Source: an uncultured Anaerolineaceae bacterium
Lineage (GTDB): Bacteria > Chloroflexota > Anaerolineae > Anaerolineales > UBA4823
Reading direction: 5' to 3'
Length of the DNA stretch: 64,000 bases
Assembly: GCA_964525785.1 (NCBI GenBank)
Contig: CAZGIX010000003.1
Span: 214-64,213 of the forward strand
Below the pieces are notes generated by a model. It was not told the origin of the DNA. It made no database searches and saw only the letters and a list, made by a program, of their open reading frames with translations. This document shows positions 45,926 through 53,831 of this stretch, piece after piece. A program made the translations under genes and the position numbers. How positions within the stretch are numbered: the first letter of the stretch is position 1; every line of letters begins with the position of its first letter.

Positions 45926-46366
45926 ATGTCACAACAAATCAGAGTAGTTATCGTTGACGATCATCTAAAAACCCGGGAAGGGATCAAGAGACTGCTTGTT
46001 GCCGCGAAGGATATCACGGTAGTGGGTGAAGGCGCAAATGGCATGGAGGCGGTTGAACTTGCCCAATCACATAATCCGGATGTGATGCTTTTAGATGTAG
46101 AAATGCCTGTGCTTCGTGGATACGAAGCTGTCCGGTTGATCCGTGATGTACAACCAGGGATAAAGGTCCTGGCTGTAAGCAGCTATCATGACCGTCTCTA
46201 TATTCAAGGAATGTTAGATAATGGCGCTAACGGTTACATAACGAAAGATGAAGCTCCGGAGTTGCTGTTAGAGGCAGTGCGCAGTGTATCCAAGGGCAAT
46301 GAAAAATGGATGAGCCCAAGGGCATTAAAATATACTCACAACGCACCGCCTCCACAACAACCCTGA
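45926..46366 (+). CDS. stand-alone receiver-domain response regulator
   Basis: Start at the internal ATG MSQQIRVVIVDDH, then DVMLLDVEMPVLRG. There is no output domain. Confidence 0.8.
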   Translation: MSQQIRVVIVDDHLKTREGIKRLLVAAKDITVVGEGANGMEAVELAQSHNPDVMLLDVEMPVLRGYEAVRLIRDVQPGIKVLAVSSYHDRLYIQGMLDNGANGYITKDEAPELLLEAVRSVSKGNEKWMSPRALKYTHNAPPPQQP

Positions 46367-46558
46367 AGCTGAAGAATATCGATTCGTTTCGGATAAAAAG
46401 TACGGCGAACTTCCCGGCAACGATCTGCCATTCCAAAAGCGATCGAGGCTGAGGCATATCCCAGGCAAAACCTCACACTAATTAAATACCGCCTCGCCTT
46501 ACGCTCAGAAGGAGGACCGCCCCAGCCCCAGAGGGTGTTCCCCATTAAGAGCATAGTG

Positions 46559-46603
46559 TTTTGGGGTATGTATGGCGGTTTCGCCGTCATACATACCCCA
46601 AAA
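46559..46603. repeat. 20-bp hairpin (GCGAAGC-core family, copy c, core variant GCGAAAC on minus strand)
   Basis: TTTTGGGGTATGTATG-GCGGTTTCGCCGT-CATACATACCCCAAAA. It is near-identical in design to copy b, 24 nt upstream of the GT gene start. Confidence 0.8.
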
Positions 46604-46626
46604 CCTCAATTATCGGAGGACAGCGT

Positions 46627-48990
46627 ATGGTAACAAATCTAACACCTGCTTTTCGCAAAATTGCCTTTATTGGCAATTACCTACCTCGCCAATGCGGGAT
46701 TGCTACCTTTACCACGGATTTATGCGAATCAGTCGCCGCTCAATATCCAGGCATAGAGTTACTCAGCCTGGCAATGAACGACCAATCCGATGGGTATGAT
46801 TATCCCGCACGGGTAAGATTTGAGGTACAGCAAGAGGATTTGAAAATGTACCAGTCTGCTGCCGATTACATAAACTTAAATGATGTTGACCTGGTTTGTT
46901 TACAGCACGAGTTTGGCATATTCGGCGGCAAAGCTGGCAGCCACATCTTAACTCTGCTGCGAGGCATCCAGGCACCGGTGGTGACTACACTGCATACAAT
47001 CCTTACAGATCCTGATCCGGCTCAAAGCCGTGTTATGGATGAGCTGATCCAGCTCTCGGACCGATTGATCGTCATGAGCCAGTACGGGGCAGCGATGCTG
47101 CAGAATACCCACGCTGTCTCCCCCGAAAAAATCGACCTGATCCCGCATGGCATCCCCGATGTTCCCTTTGTTGATCCTAACTTTTATAAGGACAAATTTA
47201 ATGTCGAAGGGAAACAAGTTTTATTGACTTTTGGGCTGCTGTCACCCAATAAAGGCATTGAGAATGTTATCCAGGCGCTGCCTGAAATCCTGGCACAGAC
47301 CCCAAACGTAGTTTACCTGGTTTTAGGAACCACGCACCCGCATGTCCGGCGCCACCAGGGAGAAAACTACCGCCATTCTCTTGAAAGCCTGGCCAGGGAA
47401 CTGGGAGTCGAGGATAACGTCGTCTTTCACGACCGGTTCGTCAGCCTGAATGAGCTCATAGAATATATCGGCGCAGCCGATATTTACATAACGCCCTACC
47501 TGAATCCTGACCAGATTGTCTCCGGAACGCTGGCTTACACCGTCGGCGCCGGGAAAGCGGTAATCTCTACCCCTTATCATTATGCAGTAGAGCTGTTAGC
47601 TGATGGACGCGGGCAAATCGTTCCTTTTCGAGACCCGGCTGCAATCGGCAGGCAGGTCCTCAGCTATCTAAACAACGAAACCGAACGACACGCGACCAGA
47701 AAACGCGCCTACCTGCATGGGCGTGAAATGATCTGGTCCAAAACAGCCCAGCAGTACATGGCTAGTTTTGAGCGCGCGGTCGAGGGGCGCATCGACGACC
47801 CACAAGCTGCATACCAATACCATCCTTCGAATGACCTGGATTTTGGTGAACCACACGCCAGATTACCACTAATAGATTTAGACCACCTTGTGCGCCTGAC
47901 CGACAGCACCGGAATCTTTCAACATGCGGTGTTCAATATACCCAATTACGATGAAGGGTATACCACGGATGACAATGCCCGCGCCCTTGTGCTGTCACTC
48001 CTGCTGGAAAAACGGGTCAGTGACAGCTATGTCGACGTCGGCGCGCTCGCCTCACGCTACCTGGCTTTTCTCGGGTACGCCTTTAATCCAGAGAAAGGCC
48101 GCTTCCGTAACTTTCTGGGTTTCGACCGGCGTTGGATAGAAGAAGAAGGCTCTGAAGACAGCCACGGTCGTGCGCTGTGGAGCCTGGGGGCGGTTACAAA
48201 CCGCGCTACCAGCGATAATATGGTCGGGGCAGCAGCCATATTGTTCAACCAGGCAATACCAGCCGCCCGAGACTTCACAAGCCCACGCGCCTGGGCGTTT
48301 TCATTGCTTGGTATCGACGAATACCTGCGCAGGTTCCCCGGAGACCGGGCCGTAATGCATACCGGCAAAATGCTGACCGAGCGATTAATGGCACTCTATC
48401 GTCAGGTATGCAAGCCTGGATGGTATTGGTTCGAAGATTACGTTACTTATAACAATGGAACCCTACCCCACGCGCTGCTCCTTTCCAGCGGCTGGTTGAA
48501 AAATCCAGAAGCGGCTCGCATGGCGCTTGAATCTCTCCGCTGGCTGGCTGACATTCAGACCGCTCCGCAGGGACACTACTCACCCGTCGGCAACCGGGGA
48601 TTTTACCAGTTCGGCGGAGAAAAAGCCCGTTTCGATCAGCAGCCAATCGAAGCCGGCGCGATGGTATCCGCATGCCTGGAGGCGTACCGGGCGACGGGGG
48701 AGGCAGCCTGGTATCATGAAGCCAGGCGTGCCTTTCACTGGTTCCTCGGGCAGAACGACCTTGGCGTGCAGGTGTATGACCCTATGACAGGCGGATGTCG
48801 GGATGGACTGCATCCAGATAGTGTAAACAACAATCAGGGCGCGGAGTCCACCTTGGCATTCTTATTAAGCCTTTCGGAGATCAGCCTTTTGGAACCCTCC
48901 TCATTAACTTTGGGGGACATCGCCCCGATATTTCCCCCTTCGAATGCACTCGTGCAGCGAACACAACAGCGAGGAGGGCGAACACGATGA
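46627..48990 (+). CDS. GT4-family glycosyltransferase fused to a ~380-aa C-terminal domain of unknown function
   Basis: GGAGGA ribosome-binding site before ATG 46627. The N-terminal half has the GT-B pattern: IAFIGNYLPRQCGIATFT, LTFGLLSPNKGIE and ADIYITPYLNPDQIVSGTLAYTVGAGKAVIST. The C-terminal half begins LTDSTGIFQHAVFNIPNYDEGYTTDDNARAL. Confidence 0.75.
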   Translation: MVTNLTPAFRKIAFIGNYLPRQCGIATFTTDLCESVAAQYPGIELLSLAMNDQSDGYDYPARVRFEVQQEDLKMYQSAADYINLNDVDLVCLQHEFGIFGGKAGSHILTLLRGIQAPVVTTLHTILTDPDPAQSRVMDELIQLSDRLIVMSQYGAAMLQNTHAVSPEKIDLIPHGIPDVPFVDPNFYKDKFNVEGKQVLLTFGLLSPNKGIENVIQALPEILAQTPNVVYLVLGTTHPHVRRHQGENYRHSLESLARELGVEDNVVFHDRFVSLNELIEYIGAADIYITPYLNPDQIVSGTLAYTVGAGKAVISTPYHYAVELLADGRGQIVPFRDPAAIGRQVLSYLNNETERHATRKRAYLHGREMIWSKTAQQYMASFERAVEGRIDDPQAAYQYHPSNDLDFGEPHARLPLIDLDHLVRLTDSTGIFQHAVFNIPNYDEGYTTDDNARALVLSLLLEKRVSDSYVDVGALASRYLAFLGYAFNPEKGRFRNFLGFDRRWIEEEGSEDSHGRALWSLGAVTNRATSDNMVGAAAILFNQAIPAARDFTSPRAWAFSLLGIDEYLRRFPGDRAVMHTGKMLTERLMALYRQVCKPGWYWFEDYVTYNNGTLPHALLLSSGWLKNPEAARMALESLRWLADIQTAPQGHYSPVGNRGFYQFGGEKARFDQQPIEAGAMVSACLEAYRATGEAAWYHEARRAFHWFLGQNDLGVQVYDPMTGGCRDGLHPDSVNNNQGAESTLAFLLSLSEISLLEPSSLTLGDIAPIFPPSNALVQRTQQRGGRTR

Positions 48991-49967
48991 AAAACAAGTA
49001 CGGGTACGAACAGCTTATTTTGCGCTATCCAGCCAACCCCATCTTAACAGCAGCAGACTGGCCCTACGAAGTCAACTCCGTTTTTAATCCGGGAGCAACG
49101 CTCTTACCAGATGGGACAACGGTTCTGCTTTGCCGGGTAGAAGACATGCGCGGTCATTCCCATCTTTGTGTGGCACGTTCCTCGAATGGAATCGACAACT
49201 GGATCATCGATCCTCAACCGACCTTTTACCCCGATCCCGAGAACTATCCCGAAGAACTATGGGGCATCGAAGACCCACGGATTACGTATGCCCCTGAGCT
49301 GCAGAAATATGCGGTCGTCTATACCACGTATTCCCGTGGAGGCCCCAGCGTCTCATTGGCCCTCACCGAGGATTTTCGCAGCTTCGAGCGATTGGGCGTG
49401 ATTATGCCGCCGGAGGATAAGGACGCGGCTCTAATTCCCCATCGCTTGAATGGTCTGTGGGCCTTGATCCATCGTCCTGTAGGCAGCAGCCGTGCACACA
49501 TGTGGATTTCATACTCAGAGGACTTAAAACACTGGGGGGATCATCGCTTAATGCTCGAAGCTCGCCGCGGCTCCTGGTGGGATGCTGACAAGATCGGCTT
49601 ATCACCTCCACCGATATTAACGTCAAAAGGCTGGCTTGTCATTTACCATGGAGTAAAGTCCACCTGCGCCGGCTGTCTTTATCGATTAGGGCTGGCATTA
49701 TTAGACCTGGAACGTCCTGAGATCTGTCTCCAACGCGGCAGTGCGTGGTTTTTTGGACCCGAGGAGCCATATGAACGTTTCGGGGACGTGAACAATGTCG
49801 TCTTTCCCTGCGGCTTGACGATTGGATTGGATGGAGATACATTCACGCTTTACTATGGAGCAGCGGATACCTGTATCGCAGCAGCGACCGGCAGCATTCG
49901 ATCATTGTTGGAGTGGTTGGAAAAGGATCAATCAGCATACCCAAAGAGTGAAGCAAATGCCTTATAA
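48987..49967 (+). CDS. GH130-family glycosidase/phosphorylase-like protein
   Basis: ANPILTAADWPYEVNSVFNPGATLLPDGTTVLLCRVED, GIEDPRITY, YTTYSRGGPSVSLALTEDF and LYYGAADTCIAAAT. The ATGA start overlaps the GT stop. Confidence 0.75.
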   Translation: MKNKYGYEQLILRYPANPILTAADWPYEVNSVFNPGATLLPDGTTVLLCRVEDMRGHSHLCVARSSNGIDNWIIDPQPTFYPDPENYPEELWGIEDPRITYAPELQKYAVVYTTYSRGGPSVSLALTEDFRSFERLGVIMPPEDKDAALIPHRLNGLWALIHRPVGSSRAHMWISYSEDLKHWGDHRLMLEARRGSWWDADKIGLSPPPILTSKGWLVIYHGVKSTCAGCLYRLGLALLDLERPEICLQRGSAWFFGPEEPYERFGDVNNVVFPCGLTIGLDGDTFTLYYGAADTCIAAATGSIRSLLEWLEKDQSAYPKSEANAL

Positions 49968-50163
49968 GAGCCTTAGCAATTTGCCAGACAGCGTGCGTGA
50001 GAATTTGCCAAAACACGCCCAGGAGATCTATCGGTCTGCATTTAACAGCGCCTGGGAGCAATACAACCATGATGAAGAAAGAGCGCACAAAGTGGCCTGG
50101 GCGGCTGTCAAGAAAATGTATGAGAAAGACGAAAAAACTGGAGATTGGAAGAAAAAACATTAA
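49957..50163 (+). CDS. ChaB-family protein
   Basis: Internal ATG at 49957. The sequence is MPYKSLSNLPDSVRENLPKHAQEIYRSAFNSAWEQY...ERAHKVAWAAVKKMYEKDEKTGDW. It overlaps the GH130 3' end by 11 nt. Confidence 0.75.
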   Translation: MPYKSLSNLPDSVRENLPKHAQEIYRSAFNSAWEQYNHDEERAHKVAWAAVKKMYEKDEKTGDWKKKH

Positions 50164-50200
50164 CCGCGAAGCATTCCCGATATTTTGGTCGATCGTTGGC

Positions 50201-51454
50201 TCAGCGCTGTTCGCGGCTATACCGAGTCTTATCTCTCGCCGGTGCAGGACGGTATAACAGACTCTCATACAGGTAGCGATCGGTATCTGCGATCAAACGA
50301 TCGAGACGCTCCATCAAATTAACCACCTGAGGCGAAGGAGGATGGCTGTGATCCTCCAGCGCCCCTTTTGTCTGTTCAAGACGTTCTCTCAATAAAGCCG
50401 TCTGGCTGAACGGATCGCCAGGATCCTGGATGAGCGCATCGGATGCAAAGGGCGGCTGGAGTATATATTTGAAAATATTCTGAATGGTTGCTGAGAGCAG
50501 TGGCGCCAGGATAAGCCCGATCAATCCGAAAGCATCGGTAAGAATCAAAATTACCAGCACCAGGATCACCGAGCTGTAGCTTTTCCTTCTGAATATTCTC
50601 GGCTCAATGAAGTATTCCTGTACAACCAGGATGCATAGCGTATAAACTGCAGCTAGGATGCCGAGTGTAAGATTGCTGCTAATGCCTACCAATAGGAGCG
50701 GAATCATGGCGATCACAGCCCCAAACCAAGGGATCAACCAGGCCAGCGCCCCCAGCACAGCCAGCAAAACCGGATACTCGAGACCCATCAAACTGTAGCC
50801 AAGCCACAACAGGCCGCCCGCCAGAAGACTCTGCACCAATTCGGATTGTATGTAGGCGCCTACACCTTTCTCGATTCCACGCCAGATCCTCCGCACCTTT
50901 GCCCGTTGATTGACAGGGATCAGCGAGAGAAGCAGACGTTCGAAATGCATACGGTCGGTAGTCCAATATAAGCTCAGGATCAGAATCAAGCCCAGGTTGC
51001 CGATGAGGCTGACCAGGTTTGTCGTGAAACCCATCAACCCCTGAAACAGCTGGCTACTGCCTTCACCATCCGCACTCACGAAGAGCTCCTCAACCGGGGG
51101 AAGCTGCGATGCCAATGAACGCTGAGCAGGGATATCGCTCTCCGGCCAGGTTGTCTGGATGTGCTCGTATCGTATGGCGATTTGGTTCGAAACCTGCTCG
51201 AGATCGCTTATTAACGGACCGCTGACAGTCCATATCAAGAGTGCGATGGCACCGAGCACGGCCAGATACGAAAGAATAAGAGCGACTTTGCGCGGCGCAC
51301 CCCGGTCAATGAAATAATCTATCAAGGGACGGAATGCTGCTGAAACAGCCAGAGAGAACAGAAGCAGGACCAACGCCTGGCGAAACTGCCATCCCAGGAT
51401 CAGCACAGTGATGGTTATAAGGACAAGTAACGTATACCAGGCGATTCGTTTCAA
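50201..51454 (-). CDS. AI-2E family transporter (PerM/UPF0118)
   Basis: 417 aa and polytopic. The typical late segment is LGALAWLIPWFGAVIAMIPLLLVG...EYFIEPRIF. Confidence 0.8.
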   Translation of the reverse strand: MKRIAWYTLLVLITITVLILGWQFRQALVLLLFSLAVSAAFRPLIDYFIDRGAPRKVALILSYLAVLGAIALLIWTVSGPLISDLEQVSNQIAIRYEHIQTTWPESDIPAQRSLASQLPPVEELFVSADGEGSSQLFQGLMGFTTNLVSLIGNLGLILILSLYWTTDRMHFERLLLSLIPVNQRAKVRRIWRGIEKGVGAYIQSELVQSLLAGGLLWLGYSLMGLEYPVLLAVLGALAWLIPWFGAVIAMIPLLLVGISSNLTLGILAAVYTLCILVVQEYFIEPRIFRRKSYSSVILVLVILILTDAFGLIGLILAPLLSATIQNIFKYILQPPFASDALIQDPGDPFSQTALLRERLEQTKGALEDHSHPPSPQVVNLMERLDRLIADTDRYLYESLLYRPAPARDKTRYSREQR

Positions 51455-52713
51455 GTCACGATGCTTCCCTGCTCGGTGTCGACCAGAAGCTGGTCGAGAT
51501 CGCGAGCAATGGATTCGAGGGAATCCACGATGTGGTCGGGCGAGGCTTCAATACTCTCATACTCGCGAAGCTGCTTCTGCAAGTCTTGAGCCAGCTCACG
51601 GGCTTCGTAACGAAGCACACTGACCTGACCTCTGCCATCCGGAGTGTTGCCAGAATCTACTGGATGGATCATGAATCGATCGATGGAGAGCTGGAAGACC
51701 GCAGCTATCGGTATCGCCAGGAGTGCTCCGGCCAATCCGAACAGCGAAGTGAAGGCTGCAATTGTCAGCAGCACAACAAACTGGTTCACCCCCACAGATC
51801 GTTTCATCACGTGCGGAACGAGCAGGTAATTCTCTAAGCCCTGGATCAGTAAAGAGGCGACGACCACCCAAATGACCTTTGCCGGATCGAAGGAGAAGGC
51901 AACCAGCAGCGCCGGGATGGCGCCAAGTGTGGGGCCGATCACTGGTACCGCTTCCATGATCCCGGCGATAATCGCCAGGACCAGCGCGTAGGGCATGCCG
52001 ATTAACAGATAGGCGATGTAGGCCGTTACACCGATCGACAGGCATAGTATGCTCTGCCCAAAGACAAATCCCCCGACCTTGTTTTCGACCTCCACGATAA
52101 ATTCACGCGCCTGCTCCCTGCGATTGGCAGGCAGCCAGAGCAGTAAGCTGCGGATCGAGCGATCGCTTTCCAGGGTCCAGTAAAAGCCCAAAAATAGGAC
52201 GGCTGTCAATGTAAAGGTAGCGCGTGGAAGCAAACCAAGGTAATTGATGGGGCTTGCCGCCTGGTCCAGGGTACCTTCTGCTTCTGCCGCAACCGGATTG
52301 AAAAGCCTGATCTCGGGAGGCAGCTGTGTGGCTATCCGAGAAAGGATACCGTTGGACGAATGGAAAAGCGTATTGCGGAAATTGCCATAATACTTGGGAA
52401 GCTCTTTCGAGATCTCGGTAATCTGTTCCACGAACAGCGGCAAGGCTATGATCAGCAGTACTGCAATTAACGAAAAACCCATCAGATAGAGGATGATAAC
52501 CCCACTCGACCGAGAAATCCCGCGGCGACCCATCCAATTGACCGCCGGCCGGATTCCCATCCCAAGGACAATGGATATCAGGAAGATGAACACTATATTG
52601 TTAAAACGATAAAAGAGTAGAAACAAAATCAATATGCCGGCTACCAAAAGAGTAGCAGAGACGACCTGGCGCGTACTCCAGGTAGGAATATCTTGATGTG
52701 CGGATGATTCCAT
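51451..52713 (-). CDS. AI-2E family transporter (paralog)
   Basis: 420 aa with IIAGIMEAVPVIGPTLGAIPALLVA...ENYLLVPHVM. It has a 4-nt overlap with the downstream paralog. Confidence 0.8.
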   Translation of the reverse strand: MESSAHQDIPTWSTRQVVSATLLVAGILILFLLFYRFNNIVFIFLISIVLGMGIRPAVNWMGRRGISRSSGVIILYLMGFSLIAVLLIIALPLFVEQITEISKELPKYYGNFRNTLFHSSNGILSRIATQLPPEIRLFNPVAAEAEGTLDQAASPINYLGLLPRATFTLTAVLFLGFYWTLESDRSIRSLLLWLPANRREQAREFIVEVENKVGGFVFGQSILCLSIGVTAYIAYLLIGMPYALVLAIIAGIMEAVPVIGPTLGAIPALLVAFSFDPAKVIWVVVASLLIQGLENYLLVPHVMKRSVGVNQFVVLLTIAAFTSLFGLAGALLAIPIAAVFQLSIDRFMIHPVDSGNTPDGRGQVSVLRYEARELAQDLQKQLREYESIEASPDHIVDSLESIARDLDQLLVDTEQGSIVT

Positions 52714-52921
52714 GTGATGACCTATCGATTAATCATATTATATAGGAGGCAGTCGAAAAAGGGGGAAATACCCCAAAACGATGGGGAATCTTACCCATTT
52801 CCAGAATACAGGCAGGCAATAAGGGCAATCCCCAGAGCAGGATGGGCACACACCCCATTGTGAGGAGATCTCATGACCTGTATAGTAGGGCTAGATAAAA
52901 TTCTAGCGAAAGGAGATCAAC

Positions 52922-53143
52922 ATGAATAAGGACATTTTAGAAGGCAATTGGAAGCAGATTAAAGGCCAGGTGAAAGAAATGTGGGGTCGTCTGACCGACG
53001 ACGAGTTAGATCAGATCGAAGGCCGCCGCGAGCGCCTGGCCGGTATCCTTCAGGAAAGGTACGGCTACACTTACGAGGAAGCCGAGGAAAAGATCAACGA
53101 CTTCTTGGGCCGGTATGAGTCGGAAGTAAGCCGGAGATTCTAG
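52922..53143 (+). CDS. CsbD-family stress protein
   Basis: ILEGNWKQIKGQVKEMWGRLTDDELDQIEGRRERLAGILQERYGYTYEEAE, preceded by an AAGGAG ribosome-binding site. Confidence 0.85.
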   Translation: MNKDILEGNWKQIKGQVKEMWGRLTDDELDQIEGRRERLAGILQERYGYTYEEAEEKINDFLGRYESEVSRRF

Positions 53144-53154
53144 CCAGGATTATT

Positions 53155-53182
53155 TTAGGGGGGTGGTGGACCACCCCCCTAA
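53155..53182 (+). terminator. 12-bp perfect hairpin after the CsbD gene
   Basis: TTAGGGGGGTGG-TGGA-CCACCCCCCTAA, 12 nt after the stop. There is no clear T-run, so its terminator function is uncertain. Confidence 0.4.
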
Positions 53183-53204
53183 GGCAATAGTCAGGAGATA
53201 ATGT

Positions 53205-53360
53205 ATGCTAACCACCATATTGATAATTGTCCTGGTGCTGCTGCTGCTCGGCGCCCTGCCTATCTGGCCTTACAGCCGCGGTTGGGGCTACACGGGAAGC
53301 GGCCTGCTGGGTGTTTTACTGATCATTCTTGTTCTGGCATTGATCCTGGGTTGGATCTAG
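53205..53360 (+). CDS. DUF3309-family small membrane protein (51 aa)
   Basis: Below the track size cutoff. AGGAGA lies 6 nt before ATG 53205. The sequence is MLTTILIIVLVLLLLGALPIWPYSRGWGYTGSGLLGVLLIILVLALILGWI, with the WPYSRxWGY signature. The track ORF 53201-53494 is in another frame and looks like junk. Confidence 0.8.
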   Translation: MLTTILIIVLVLLLLGALPIWPYSRGWGYTGSGLLGVLLIILVLALILGWI

Positions 53361-53382
53361 AATCCAGACAACGTTTTGACGA

Positions 53383-53420
53383 GCGACCCACAACCTGGCT
53401 GGTTGTAGGTCGCTTTTTTA
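53383..53420 (+). terminator. Rho-independent terminator
   Basis: GCGACCCACAACC-TGGCT-GGTTGTAGGTCGC (one mismatch), followed by TTTTTT. Confidence 0.75.
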
Positions 53421-53479
53421 GAGCCAGCTCTTTAAAATGCAAAAAGGTAAATAAGTGGACATCCTCAACTCCTAACTGC

Positions 53480-53508
53480 TTGACATTTTCCTAATAACCC
53501 TGTAATAT
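53480..53508 (+). promoter_or_regulatory. near-consensus sigma70-type promoter with no obvious downstream gene
   Basis: TTGACA (53480-53485), a 17-nt spacer and TAATAT (53503-53508). It is followed by the perfect palindrome ATGTTAGGTT-T-AACCTAACAT (53518-53538). Confidence 0.4.
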
Positions 53509-53560
53509 CTGAACTAGATGTTAGGTTTAACCTAACATAGGGTGCAAATATAGAAAATAG

Positions 53561-53604
53561 AAATGACGGGCTTTGCCATATATGGACTGGCTTGCCCGTC
53601 ATTT
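53561..53604 (-). terminator. hairpin terminator downstream of tRNA-Lys
   Basis: An 11-bp perfect stem AAATGACGGGC...GCCCGTCATTT. On the minus strand it is followed by CTATTTTCTATATTT. Confidence 0.5.
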
Positions 53605-53638
53605 GCTATCTACCACTATATATGGGGGTATTTATCAG

Positions 53639-53711
53639 TGACCCCGGGGCGGATCGAACGCCCAACCAGACGATTAAGAGTCGCCTGCTCTGCCAATTGA
53701 GCTACGGGGCC
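53639..53711 (-). tRNA. tRNA-Lys (anticodon CUU)
   Basis: A 73-nt cloverleaf read by hand: acceptor GGCCCCG/CGGGGTC, D arm GCTC-AATTGGCA-GAGC, anticodon arm GGCGA-CTCTTAA-TCGTC, T arm GGGCG-TTCGATC-CGCCC and discriminator A. CCA is not encoded. Confidence 0.9.
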
Positions 53712-53831
53712 AGTTTGTCTGCCTCTGCTGGAAATTCACTCGGCAAGATTATACCCGAAAAGATATCGTCCCTCCAAGGTTTCTCAGCTCGCGCCAGATC
53801 TAGGGTAGCGGCTCTGCTCACAACCGCCAGC

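Noticed and set aside
53201-53494. 97-aa track ORF (MYANHHIDNCPG...)
   Set aside because: The sequence looks like junk. The +1-shifted 51-aa ORF (53205-53360) has a properly spaced ribosome-binding site, the DUF3309 WPYSRxWGY signature, and a terminator right after it.
53639-53711. tRNA-Lys as an integration site marking a prophage or island boundary for the tail-like locus
   Set aside because: The tRNA is 11 kb from the operon end, with housekeeping-type genes in between. No integrase is present, and I could not see a duplicated tRNA 3' fragment (att) anywhere in the window.
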